Shown piece after piece: positions 10,031 through 19,419 of a stretch of 64,000 bases of DNA. The translations under genes were made by a program, and so were the position numbers. Each line of letters opens with the position of its first letter. Positions within the stretch are counted from its first letter, which is position 1. Origin of the DNA: an uncultured Pseudovibrio sp. (GTDB lineage Bacteria; Pseudomonadota; Alphaproteobacteria; Rhizobiales; Stappiaceae); NCBI GenBank assembly GCA_947494035.1, contig CANLTN010000013.1, forward strand, positions 24,423 through 88,422. Reading direction: 5' to 3'. Under the pieces are notes generated by a model. It was not told the DNA's origin. It was given only the letters and a program-made list of their open reading frames with translations, and searched no databases.

Positions 10031-11032
10031 TTATTCAGTGTCGACAAAATCAGCAAGCTGTTGGCGCTTCCGATTGACGACAAGACGGGTTACATCCGGA
10101 CGGCTGTAATGGCCGGTTGGGTCGAAGTTCTGACGCTCACCGCGCACCACGGCGTGGTCCAGCTCGGCAGTGATCAAGATTTCTTTGCCCACCTGTGGCT
10201 CAACCACCCAAGATCCGTCCGGAGAGGAGATGCAAGAGCCGCCATTTGCGAGGAAGTCTCCGCTGTTCTCGAGGATCTCGGCACGTTCCAGCGTATCCTG
10301 CGGCAAGTCAGTCGGGCGCATGAGGCCGGACACTGAAATCACATAGCTTCTGCTTTCCTTGGCGACAAAGCGTGTTGTATCTTCGGTGTTGTGCAAACCA
10401 CCCGGCCAAACGGCGACGTGAAGATCTTCTCCTTGCGCGTACAGAGCGGCACGGGACAGGGGCATCCAGTTCTCGAAGCAGTTGAGGCCACCAACCTTGA
10501 AGCGGCCCAGCGGGTGGACACGAAAGCCGTTGCCATCGCCCGGAGCCCATGCGAGACGCTCTTCGTAGGTTGGTTGCAGCTTGCGGTGAGTTGAACCGAT
10601 CTCGCCGTTCTGGTCGATGTAAACCAGTGTGCAGTAAAGGCTGTGCCCGCTTCTGTTTGCGGCCCGCTCCATCACGCCGAGATAGACCGCGATGCTGTGT
10701 TTCTTTGCGAGGGCGCAGATGTCGTCAAGGTGGCCTTCTTCGATGACCACGCCTTGTTCGAGGTATTCAGCATAAAATGCTTTTTGCTTTGGGTCGTTGA
10801 AGCGTGCACCATCTGTGCGCTCAATCCAGAACGGATAACCCGGCACCAGTGCCTCGCCGAAGGTGACAAGCTGACAGCCTTGTTTGCCAGCCAGTTCGAC
10901 GGCGTCCGCCACCTTTTTCAGCGTGGCGTCACGCTTCATCCAGACCGGAGCGATCTGTGCCAGTGCAACTTTGATCCGGTCAGATGCAGCGGTGTTCTGT
11001 GTTGTGTGGTTAGCTTCTAAAATTTCCATCAC
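10031..11032 (-). CDS. Nitrilase (carbon-nitrogen hydrolase branch 1)
   Basis: E-K-C triad: FGEALVPGYP, HRKLQPTYEER, GGLNCFENWMPL; FDPTGHYSRPDV. Confidence 0.9.
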   Translation of the reverse strand: MMEILEANHTTQNTAASDRIKVALAQIAPVWMKRDATLKKVADAVELAGKQGCQLVTFGEALVPGYPFWIERTDGARFNDPKQKAFYAEYLEQGVVIEEGHLDDICALAKKHSIAVYLGVMERAANRSGHSLYCTLVYIDQNGEIGSTHRKLQPTYEERLAWAPGDGNGFRVHPLGRFKVGGLNCFENWMPLSRAALYAQGEDLHVAVWPGGLHNTEDTTRFVAKESRSYVISVSGLMRPTDLPQDTLERAEILENSGDFLANGGSCISSPDGSWVVEPQVGKEILITAELDHAVVRGERQNFDPTGHYSRPDVTRLVVNRKRQQLADFVDTE

Positions 11033-11039
11033 GCTCTAC

Positions 11040-11465
11040 TCAGGTGGCAAAGATATCAGCATCACTGGCAAAGGCTTTGAATTCAAGAGCGTTGCCCGAA
11101 GGATCTTTAATAAAGAATGTCCCCTGCTCTCCCGGCTGCCCTTCAAACCTGATCTTTGGCTCCAGCAGCCACTCAATGCCTTCCTGTGCTTTGAGGCGGT
11201 TTGCCAAAGACTTCCAGTCCTCCATTGGCAACACAACGCCAAAGTGAGGAATTGGAACGGCATCACCATCCACAACACCTGTGTCATCAAGTTGGGCCTG
11301 TGACTTTTTGCGAAAGTGCGCGGACATCTGGTGTCCAAACAGGTCAAAATCGACCCACTTGCCTTCAAGCTCGCGGCCCTGCTTGCACCCAAGCACGCCC
11401 ATATAGAACGCTTTTGTCTTTTCCAGATCATCAATCGGAAATGCCAGATGGAATGGATGCACCAT
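11040..11465 (-). CDS. VOC/glyoxalase superfamily protein (extradiol-dioxygenase-like)
   Basis: PFHLAFPIDDL, WVDFDLFGHQMSAH, VPIPHFGVVL, DPSGNALEFK; start at 11465 with GAGG RBS. Confidence 0.85.
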   Translation of the reverse strand: MVHPFHLAFPIDDLEKTKAFYMGVLGCKQGRELEGKWVDFDLFGHQMSAHFRKKSQAQLDDTGVVDGDAVPIPHFGVVLPMEDWKSLANRLKAQEGIEWLLEPKIRFEGQPGEQGTFFIKDPSGNALEFKAFASDADIFAT

Positions 11466-11561
11466 TTTCAGCCTCGCCTTGTAGTTATTCGCAGAACTCA
11501 TGTTGGAGTTGTTTTAAACTGCCTAAAATCTCATAGATAGGCCAATGACAGTCACATAGAC

Positions 11562-11576
11562 ATGAGTTAAACTCAT
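11562..11576. promoter_or_regulatory. LysR recognition box (T-N11-A)
   Basis: Perfect palindrome ATGAGT-TAA-ACTCAT, with T11563 and A11575 eleven bases apart, between the divergent lysR and VOC genes. Confidence 0.7.
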
Positions 11577-11579
11577 AGT

Positions 11580-12497
11580 ATGAGTCGTCACAGTCTATCG
11601 ATCACCTCACAAATCCTTGCAGTGCTACCTGTTTTTGATGCAGCTGCCCGCCATGGCAGTTTTACCCGTGCAGCCAGAGAGCTGGGCATTACGCAAGGGG
11701 CCGTTTCGCGGCGCATCCAAAATTTAGAGGAGCAGCTGGGGCTTGTGTTGTTTTCCCGGCAGGGCAAGACACTGGCACTCACGCAGGACGGGTTGCTGCT
11801 GAGCCAGAAGGCAAAGAGCGCCTTGAAGCTGGTTGAGGATCTGGAGCACGAGCTAAAGGGCTCAGTCTCTGGTCAACTGCGCATCGGTACCCTGCCCTCC
11901 CTGGCTAATCTTTGGCTCATGCGGCGGATCAAAGGGTTCACGCAGGACTTTCCCGCGATCAGCATTGATCTTGTTACTATCCCCGCTGATTTTTCTGCAG
12001 GGCACAAGGATCCGGTCAACTGGGACCCGTCCAGTGTGGATGTGGCGTTGACTGTTGGGCGGGGCAGCTGGCCTGCATTGGAGAGTTACCGGATTTGCGA
12101 TGAGGAGATGGTACTTGTTTGTCATCGCAGCCTTCTTGGTGATGCTCAGCCAGAAAACCTGAAAGACTTATTGGAGTTTCCACGCCTTGTTCATTCCACG
12201 CGGCTTGGTAGCTGGGATTATTGGGCGCAGGCACACAAACTTTCCAGTTACCTCCCCGGAGATGCCCCTCTTTCCTTTGAGCATTTCTTCATGGTGCTGG
12301 AGGCGGCCCGGCAAGGGCTTGGTCTTGCGTTGCTTCCCTCAGTCCTGATCGAGAACGATCTGGAGGACAGGACATTGATTGAGCCGATCCCGGCGCGACA
12401 TATGACGGGTAACGCCTATTATCTAGTAGCAAGCTCAACAGCGTGGAGGCGTCCGGCGGTCGCAGCACTCAGGGATCACCTCACACAGCGCGCCTAG
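11580..12497 (+). CDS. LysR-family regulator (GcvA-like)
   Basis: N-terminal HTH FDAAARHGSFTRAARELGITQGAVSRRIQNLEEQLG; FEHFFMVLEAARQGLGLAL. Confidence 0.93.
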   Translation: MSRHSLSITSQILAVLPVFDAAARHGSFTRAARELGITQGAVSRRIQNLEEQLGLVLFSRQGKTLALTQDGLLLSQKAKSALKLVEDLEHELKGSVSGQLRIGTLPSLANLWLMRRIKGFTQDFPAISIDLVTIPADFSAGHKDPVNWDPSSVDVALTVGRGSWPALESYRICDEEMVLVCHRSLLGDAQPENLKDLLEFPRLVHSTRLGSWDYWAQAHKLSSYLPGDAPLSFEHFFMVLEAARQGLGLALLPSVLIENDLEDRTLIEPIPARHMTGNAYYLVASSTAWRRPAVAALRDHLTQRA

Positions 12498-12500
12498 GTT

Positions 12501-13724
12501 CTATCTGCGATCAAACTGGAACGGCGATGGCAGTTCATCATCGGCCAGATGCGTTGTTTGCCGGGCGTGTGAGGCTGCTGAAGAAACCTGATCATTCGCC
12601 TTACTGCCCAACTGCATTTCGTCAATCTTACGGGCACGATTGCTGATTTTGTCGCCGGAAATCATGATCTGGTCCAGATCCTTATTGGTCTGGGCAAAGT
12701 GGGTTTGCAGCTTGGAGACACGCTCGGTCAGCCTGCCAACATCCAGCAGCAGGTTGCCAACTTCGGCCTGAATGAGATGGGCCTGTTCGCGCATCCGGGC
12801 GTCTCTCAGGACAGACTGGATCACCTGCACTGCGAGAACAAGTAGGGATGGTGAAACGATGACGACGCGCAGGCGATGGGCCTTTTGGGTCAGGTCGGGA
12901 AAGCCTTCGTGGATTTCTGCAAAGAGGCTTTCGGAAGGAACAAACATAAGCGCTGTGTCCTGCGTTTCCCCCGGCAGCAAGTATTTGCCTGCGATGTCTT
13001 CCAAGTGTTTGGAGATGTCTTTTCGGAAACGATTGGAGGCCTCTTTCTGCTCCTGCTTGGTCTCTGCATCCTTAATTGCAGCAAAGGCTTCTAACGGGAA
13101 CTTGGCATCAACCACCAATGGGGGTGCGCCTGTTGGCATATGGATCAGGCAATCAGGGCGGGAACGGTTGGAGAGTGTGCCCTGCAGCGTGAAGCTTGTT
13201 GGCGGCAGCGCATCATCAATGATTGCCTCCATGCGCCCTTGCCCGAAGGCACCACGGGACTGTTTGTCATTCAGCACCATCTGAAGGTCCGTCACCTGCC
13301 CTGCCAGCTCGCCCATGGTTTTGTTGGCCTTGTCGAGCAGCGCCATACGCTCTTGCAGCCCCGTCAGGCTTGCATGGGTCTGGCGATGGGTTTCCAGAAC
13401 AGATGCGCCCAGTGTTTTGCCGAGGCCATCGAGACGATCATTGACCACACGCAACAGGTCCGACTGCCGGGAGCCGAAGACTTCTGCCATGGTTTGCATA
13501 CGGCCTGTCATCTCACTGTTTGAGCGAGCCAATTCAGTCAGTGCAGCTTCCGTGTCCTCTGCCCGCTTTTGCTCCAGTATCGATACACCGCGCACTTTGT
13601 TCAGCTTAGCGCGCAGGCTCATGATCCAGATGATCAGCAGCAGGAAAAAAAGCCCGCCACCCACTGTGGCTGCTTGAATAAACGAGAGGGTGAATGCACC
13701 GTATGTGAAGACTGTCTGTTCCAT
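12501..13724 (-). CDS. rmuC: DNA recombination protein RmuC
   Basis: RGAFGQGRME, RPDCLIHMP, VVDAKFPLE, ALMFVPSE, VVIVSPS; N-terminal TM segment; start may be 13742. Confidence 0.9.
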   Translation of the reverse strand: MEQTVFTYGAFTLSFIQAATVGGGLFFLLLIIWIMSLRAKLNKVRGVSILEQKRAEDTEAALTELARSNSEMTGRMQTMAEVFGSRQSDLLRVVNDRLDGLGKTLGASVLETHRQTHASLTGLQERMALLDKANKTMGELAGQVTDLQMVLNDKQSRGAFGQGRMEAIIDDALPPTSFTLQGTLSNRSRPDCLIHMPTGAPPLVVDAKFPLEAFAAIKDAETKQEQKEASNRFRKDISKHLEDIAGKYLLPGETQDTALMFVPSESLFAEIHEGFPDLTQKAHRLRVVIVSPSLLVLAVQVIQSVLRDARMREQAHLIQAEVGNLLLDVGRLTERVSKLQTHFAQTNKDLDQIMISGDKISNRARKIDEMQLGSKANDQVSSAASHARQTTHLADDELPSPFQFDRR

Positions 13725-13955
13725 GAAACAAACATAGAACACTTTGCAAGGCCGCGAAACCTCTCAGCTTTCTTGGATACACCGCAACCCACACCCTTCA
13801 ATTGATGGGGAGTACCCTTAAAAAACTCTGGCGAAAAGCATATGGTCTACGCCTTGGCAAATTTCCTAGAAAAGGATATGAAGCCTGAACAACCACGTCG
13901 GCCGACCTCACGTTGAGCGGGCAGCTTTGCAACGAGAACAACTTCAAAAGTAATT

Positions 13956-14483
13956 ATGACGATTCGCGAGATTAAATTTGTCCCGGAAACCTGCCTTCGC
14001 GAGAAGTGCGCTCCGATAGAAGACATCAACGACGAAATCCGAAAACTTGCCGACGACATGCTGGAAACCATGTATGACGCGCCAGGCATCGGCCTTGCAG
14101 CAAGTCAGATTGGCGTCTTAAAACGCATGTTCGTGCTGGATGTTGCAGAGCGTGAGAGCGAAGAAGACCAACACGTCGAAAAAGAGCCGATGGTTTTCAT
14201 CAATCCGGAGATCACATGGTCTTCTGAAGAGAAGAACACCTATCAGGAAGGGTGCCTGTCTATTCCCGGTGTCTACGAAGATGTTGAGCGCCCAGCAAAG
14301 ATTCGCGTCTCCTTTCTCAACATTGAAGGCGAGAAGCAGGAGCTTGAAGCCAGTGGGATTCTGGCTACCTGCATTCAGCATGAGCTAGACCATTTGAACG
14401 GCGTGCTGTTTATCGACTACCTGTCTCGCCTAAAGCGTGAGCGGATCGTGAAGAAAATGGTCAAGCAGGCAAAACAAGCCTGA
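13956..14483 (+). CDS. def: Peptide deformylase
   Basis: GIGLAASQIG, EGCLS, QHELDHLNG. Confidence 0.97.
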   Translation: MTIREIKFVPETCLREKCAPIEDINDEIRKLADDMLETMYDAPGIGLAASQIGVLKRMFVLDVAERESEEDQHVEKEPMVFINPEITWSSEEKNTYQEGCLSIPGVYEDVERPAKIRVSFLNIEGEKQELEASGILATCIQHELDHLNGVLFIDYLSRLKRERIVKKMVKQAKQA

Positions 14484-14507
14484 TTGTTCCTGCATTGCGA
14501 GTGGATT

Positions 14508-14538
14508 AAGCGGCCTTCTTTGGAGAGCCGCTTTTTTT
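14508..14538 (+). terminator. Intrinsic terminator after def
   Basis: AAGCGGC...GCCGCTT stem followed by TTTTTGTTGTTTTT. Confidence 0.7.
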
Positions 14539-14616
14539 GTTGTTTTTCCCTTGTTCTCACCCAATAGCTGACGCATTAAAGCAGCAACACAAGAATTACA
14601 GCCAAGCAGGTCAGCT

Positions 14617-15561
14617 ATGTCATTGCGCGTTATCTTTATAGGTACTCCTGATTTCTCCGTTCCAACACTCTTCGAGATTGTCGGGCAAGGTTGGGATGTG
14701 GTCGCTTGTTACTCACAGCCACCACGCAAAGCCGGACGCGGCATGGAGCTGAAGAAGACGCCGGTTCACGAAGCTGCAGAGAGTCTCGGCATTCCTGTCT
14801 TCACGCCAACATCCCTGAAAAGCGAAGAGGAACAGGAACGGTTCCGCTCGTTTGAAGCTGATGTTGCGGTGGTTGTGGCATATGGCCTGTTGCTGCCAAA
14901 AGCCATTTTGGAAGGCACAGAGCACGGCTGTCTGAATGGCCATGCCTCCCTGCTGCCACGCTGGCGCGGTGCTGCACCGATTAACCGGGCCATTATGGCT
15001 GGCGACAAGGCCTCCGGCATTCAGGTGATGCAGATGGAAGAAGGGTTGGATACTGGCCCTGTGTGCATGTCTGAAACCGTTGCAATTACCGAAGACATGA
15101 CGGCTGGTGAGCTGCATGATCGACTTTCCGCATTAGGCGGCGATCTGATGGTACGGGCGCTTTCTGCCCTGTCCCGTGGTGCTCTTGGCGCTACGCCTCA
15201 GACTGATGAGGGTGTGACTTACGCCAAGAAGATCCAGAAGAGCGAAACGCGCATTGACTGGTCACTGCCAGCAGAGCAAGTGCACAACCACATTCGCGGT
15301 CTTTCTCCGTTTCCCGGTGCATGGTGCGAGATGGAGTTGGGCGGCAAGAAGCGTGAGCGTGTGAAGATCCTGCGCAGTCATCTGAGCGAGGGGAATGGTG
15401 CTGCTGGCGAGGTGCTGGTAGCAGAAGGAAACACTTTGAGCATCGCGTGCGGTTCTGGCGCTATCAAGCTGGTTCTGGTTCAACGGGCGGGCAAGAAAGC
15501 GATGTCTGTTGAGGAATTTTTACGCGGCTCTAAGCTTAGCGTCGGAGAAACAGTTTCCTGA
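14617..15561 (+). CDS. fmt: Methionyl-tRNA formyltransferase
   Basis: [42 protein letters not shown]. Confidence 0.97.
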   Translation: MSLRVIFIGTPDFSVPTLFEIVGQGWDVVACYSQPPRKAGRGMELKKTPVHEAAESLGIPVFTPTSLKSEEEQERFRSFEADVAVVVAYGLLLPKAILEGTEHGCLNGHASLLPRWRGAAPINRAIMAGDKASGIQVMQMEEGLDTGPVCMSETVAITEDMTAGELHDRLSALGGDLMVRALSALSRGALGATPQTDEGVTYAKKIQKSETRIDWSLPAEQVHNHIRGLSPFPGAWCEMELGGKKRERVKILRSHLSEGNGAAGEVLVAEGNTLSIACGSGAIKLVLVQRAGKKAMSVEEFLRGSKLSVGETVS

Positions 15562-15616
15562 GCCAGCTTAATCAGATAGGCTTTCCTTAAGTAACAGTAG
15601 GCAGCGCGGAGGCGTC

Positions 15617-16156
15617 ATGGTTGAGTTCCACCAGATTGGAGAGGGTCAGATTGGTCTGCGTGCGCCTGAAAAGAAAGACGAGCCTGCCATTTTATCGCTG
15701 CTGGCTCGTGCTTTTGGGCAAAGCAACGAAGCGCGCCTTACCGAACGGCTGCGCGCTTGTGGAGCCCTGATTCTGGAGCGGATTGCCACGGATGATGACG
15801 GTAATCTGCTTGGCCACCTCGCCTTATCCCGCGTGACGAGTGTCGATGAGCGACAGCGCCTCAAAATCAGCTGTCTTGCTCCTGTTTGTGTTGACCCTGC
15901 CGTGCAGAACAAAGGGGTCGGGACCAAGCTTATTCAAGCAGCGCTGGATGATTTGCAAGGGATGGGCGAAGATCTGGTTCTGGTGTTGGGGTCTCCTGAG
16001 TACTACTCCCGCTTTGGATTTGACAGCGAACTGGCAAAAAAGGTGCAAGGGCCGTATTCCGGGCCTATCTTCATGGCCTTGTCGTTTACTCAGGCCGGGC
16101 ATAAAGACCTGCCCGTTGAAGTTACCTATGCCACGCCTTTTCAGGAGTTTGAGTAG
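15617..16156 (+). CDS. GNAT N-acetyltransferase (YhbS-like)
   Basis: LAPVCVDPAVQNKGVGTKLI, VLVLGSPEYYSRFGF. Confidence 0.85.
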   Translation: MVEFHQIGEGQIGLRAPEKKDEPAILSLLARAFGQSNEARLTERLRACGALILERIATDDDGNLLGHLALSRVTSVDERQRLKISCLAPVCVDPAVQNKGVGTKLIQAALDDLQGMGEDLVLVLGSPEYYSRFGFDSELAKKVQGPYSGPIFMALSFTQAGHKDLPVEVTYATPFQEFE

Positions 16157-16311
16157 GTTCATTTGTGGCCATCGGGTGATGGTCTGGCCTTGCTCTTTCA
16201 AATCTGGTAGTACAGCGCGAAATTTCCGATACACCCTCGCGGGCAAACGCCTATCTCACTCCGGGCACACCGGCTCGCTGTGTGCTCACCTAACCTTTGC
16301 AAAGAACAAAA

Positions 16312-17142
16312 ATGCCGCGTTACAAGATTACCATTGATTATGACGGTCGCCCTTTTGTGGGCTGGCAGCGTCAGGACAACGGACCTACAGTTCAGGGTGT
16401 TATTGAGCGGGCAATCAAATCTTTCACAGGTGAGACCGTCACCATCGGGGGGGCAGGACGCACCGATTCTGGTGTGCATGCAACCGGACAGGTGGCACAT
16501 CTGGATCTTGAAAAGGATTGGCCTGCAGAAACGGTCAAGAACGCGCTGAACTTCCATGCGCAACCAGATCCTGTTGCCATTCTGGCCTGCGAGAAGGCCG
16601 GACTTGGTTTTGACGCCCGCTTTTCTGCGATCCGCCGTCACTACCGCTACAAGATCGCCAACCGACTTGAGCCGCTGACCCATGATCGCGGACTGGCGTG
16701 GTATGTGAAGCCGGAGCTGGATGCGGAGGCCATGAACGAAGCGGCTCAAGTGCTGCTTGGCCACCATGATTTCACGACGTTCCGGCATACACGCTGTCAG
16801 GCAAAGAGCCCCTGGAAGACCATGGAGCGCATCTGCGTTTATCGTCAGGGCTATCATGTGTTCTTAGAATGCAGCTCCCGCTCCTTCCTGCACAATCAGG
16901 TTCGGTCTATGGTGGGCAGTCTGCGTCTTGTGGGCGAAGGGCGCTGGACCAAAGATGATCTGAAGGCCGCACTTGAGGCGTGTGACAGGCAGGCTTGTGG
17001 GCCTGTTGCTGTGCCTGAGGGGCTATACCTTACTCAGGTGGACTATCGCACTCCCGAAGAGGATGAAGCGTCGTTCCTCGCCTATCAGGATAGCCTGAAG
17101 AACGTTGCGCCGGATGAAGCCCCAGCGGATGAGGAAGATTAA
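16312..17142 (+). CDS. truA: tRNA pseudouridine(38-40) synthase TruA
   Basis: YDGRPFVGWQRQ, GAGRTDSGVHATGQ, FDARFSA, SFLHNQVRSMVG; acidic C-terminal tail. Confidence 0.96.
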   Translation: MPRYKITIDYDGRPFVGWQRQDNGPTVQGVIERAIKSFTGETVTIGGAGRTDSGVHATGQVAHLDLEKDWPAETVKNALNFHAQPDPVAILACEKAGLGFDARFSAIRRHYRYKIANRLEPLTHDRGLAWYVKPELDAEAMNEAAQVLLGHHDFTTFRHTRCQAKSPWKTMERICVYRQGYHVFLECSSRSFLHNQVRSMVGSLRLVGEGRWTKDDLKAALEACDRQACGPVAVPEGLYLTQVDYRTPEEDEASFLAYQDSLKNVAPDEAPADEED

Positions 17143-17168
17143 GCCCTCTTCTATAAGCACCTGAAGAA

Positions 17169-17199
17169 GCAAACCGGAGGCCGTCCACCTCCGGTTTGC
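17169..17199. terminator. Bidirectional hairpin between convergent truA and DUF2189
   Basis: 12-bp inverted repeat GCAAACCGGAGG/CCTCCGGTTTGC. Confidence 0.6.
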
Positions 17200-17206
17200 C
17201 AAAGCT

Positions 17207-18025
17207 TTATGTTGCCTCGAAGGTGACAACCCGTTTGTACAGGTGCCACGTGGTGTGCCCGAGCACTGGCAATGTGACCAGCAGGCCGACAAATGCGGGG
17301 ATCATCGATGCCATCAGGATTGCGGTGATGAGCAGGCCCCAGCCCACCATGACCACCGGACTTCCCGTAACCACTTTGAAGCTGGTGATCATTGCGGTCA
17401 CGAAGTCCAGCTCCGTATCTAGCAGCATCGGAAAAGACACCACGCTTACTGCGAAGAGCAGCATCGCGAAGAACGCGCCGACTATGTGGCCTGCGAACAG
17501 GAAGAGCAGTCCATCTGGCGTTTCAAAGACTGTCTGCGCGAATTGCATAAACGTACCGTAGCCCTTCATTCCCAGAAAGAGAGCCAGCAGCAGGTGGACT
17601 TTGAACATCCATAGGAACTGGATGAAGATAACCACGAAGGCCATCCAGGCGATTTCGCCCCGACGTTGCTCCCACATCAGGGTAAACAGCCCGCTCATAC
17701 GTGGTGTTTTTCCGGCCTGCAGCTGTCTGGATGCTTCGTAAAGCCCGAGCGCTGCAAATGGGCCAAGCAGCAGGAAGCCGCAGGCCAGCGGGTAACTGAT
17801 GTAGCTCATATCCACCCAGAACGAGAGCAGCGTGACCAGTATGCCGCCGATCATAAAGAACGCGCCAAAGGTCAAACCAATCACCGGCGTTTTCACAAAG
17901 TCAAGAATTCCAAGCTTCAGGGAGCTTGTTACATCCTCCAGAGTGACCTGACGAACAATAGGCTTCGCCGGTTTATGTGGCGAGTTTTGCGCACCCACAG
18001 GCGCAGTCAGATGATTGTCTGACAT
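17207..18025 (-). CDS. DUF2189 family integral membrane protein
   Basis: GFLLLGPFAALGLYEASR, SVVSFPMLLD, VTLPVLGHTTWHLY. Confidence 0.85.
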   Translation of the reverse strand: MSDNHLTAPVGAQNSPHKPAKPIVRQVTLEDVTSSLKLGILDFVKTPVIGLTFGAFFMIGGILVTLLSFWVDMSYISYPLACGFLLLGPFAALGLYEASRQLQAGKTPRMSGLFTLMWEQRRGEIAWMAFVVIFIQFLWMFKVHLLLALFLGMKGYGTFMQFAQTVFETPDGLLFLFAGHIVGAFFAMLLFAVSVVSFPMLLDTELDFVTAMITSFKVVTGSPVVMVGWGLLITAILMASMIPAFVGLLVTLPVLGHTTWHLYKRVVTFEAT

Positions 18026-18121
18026 TTCCGTCCCTCCCAATTTTCCTCCACGTCAAGTGTGCGCGGAAACTGCGAGGAGCGCTACCGAAAATTTAAAGGG
18101 GATGGAGAAAAACCGGTTTGA

Positions 18122-18733
18122 TCAAGCAAATAGACGGTCAAACGATGTGCTGATCAGGATGGACAGGACCAGATCCAGAACCACAAGGCCGATGGCCGTT
18201 GAGAAACTGCACTCACCTGCGACACGCGCAATCTGGAATCGGAACCACAGCACCCATCCGATAATGGGGAAAGTCAGCATGACCAGCAAAGCAGACGGGA
18301 TGATACCTGCCAGATAGAGCAGGTTCAAAAGCGTCTGCGGCAGCAGGATGATCAGTGTGCTCCAGTTCCGGACGATGATGTAGGGGCCATACGTGCGCTT
18401 GAGCCCTATGGAACCTGCCAGAACAGCAAGGACAATCGGGAAGGTAACCCAGTCTACAAACAGAGACAGGGTTTTGCCGATGTATAGCAGCGCGCCGCCA
18501 GTGGCGATCTCGGCTGCTTCCTGCCCTTGCTCCAGATTAATCTCGAGCATCAGGGACTGCTCTGAGATGAGGCTCAGAAAATAGAAGGGAAGCAGCAGGA
18601 AGATGACCAGAAAGGAGCGCCAGAATCCATCTGCAGACAGATCAAACTGCTGCAACGCCTCTGTTTCCCCCTTCATCACCCGCCAGGATGCTATGCAGGA
18701 CTGCCCGATTTCCTGAATGCCAAGAGCCATCAC
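18122..18733 (-). CDS. Conserved hypothetical multi-TM protein (paralog A)
   Basis: FDLSADGFWRSF and YIIVRNW motifs; about 5 hydrophobic segments. Confidence 0.8.
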   Translation of the reverse strand: MMALGIQEIGQSCIASWRVMKGETEALQQFDLSADGFWRSFLVIFLLLPFYFLSLISEQSLMLEINLEQGQEAAEIATGGALLYIGKTLSLFVDWVTFPIVLAVLAGSIGLKRTYGPYIIVRNWSTLIILLPQTLLNLLYLAGIIPSALLVMLTFPIIGWVLWFRFQIARVAGECSFSTAIGLVVLDLVLSILISTSFDRLFA

Positions 18734-18757
18734 AAAACACTTTCAGAACACATCAAT

Positions 18758-19399
18758 TTACAACACAAAGGCTGCGATTATTCCAATTAGGAGAGTTGGC
18801 ATAATCGCCAGAGAAAAGCTAAGCGCATACTCCAGAGCAACCAATCCAAAGGAAATCGGAAGTGATGCTAATGCTACCTGTCTTGCAACTCTAAAATAAA
18901 CCCAGGATCCAACAAACATAGCAATATAAGAGAGTACAATCCCTAGCTGCTGCGCACCAGTCAAGCGAGTCAACATCTCAACCAGTAATCCCAAACATGC
19001 CAAAAGAACTGCGGACCAATTTCGGACGATTATATAGCTACTGTATGTTTCTCTAATTCCAAGATTATTTGAAAATCGACCCGTGATGTAAGCAAATGCC
19101 GCCCAATGCAGTACAGGAAAAATCACAACCAATCCAAGGGCGAACAAAAGGAAAATCGCTTCAGTGGTTCCCCAAATAGAAAACTCACCTGTATTCAGAA
19201 AACTGATCACTGCTGAAAATAGCGAAATAACAAGATAGCTGGCTACGCCCAGAGCCATTGAAATGGGAAGCGCATAGAATGATCGCCAAAATCCATTAGC
19301 AGACAGGTCAAACTGCTGCAACGCCTCCGTTCTACCCATAACTATGTCCCAAGACGCGGTTGTATTACTCCGAATTTCTTGAATGCCAGGAAAAGTCAA
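18758..19399 (-). CDS. Hypothetical multi-TM protein (paralog B, AT-richer)
   Basis: FDLSANGFWRSF and YIIVRNW shared with 18122-18733; TTG start. Confidence 0.72.
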   Translation of the reverse strand: MTFPGIQEIRSNTTASWDIVMGRTEALQQFDLSANGFWRSFYALPISMALGVASYLVISLFSAVISFLNTGEFSIWGTTEAIFLLFALGLVVIFPVLHWAAFAYITGRFSNNLGIRETYSSYIIVRNWSAVLLACLGLLVEMLTRLTGAQQLGIVLSYIAMFVGSWVYFRVARQVALASLPISFGLVALEYALSFSLAIMPTLLIGIIAAFVL

Positions 19400-19419
19400 A
19401 ACGCAATTCTCTCAGAATT

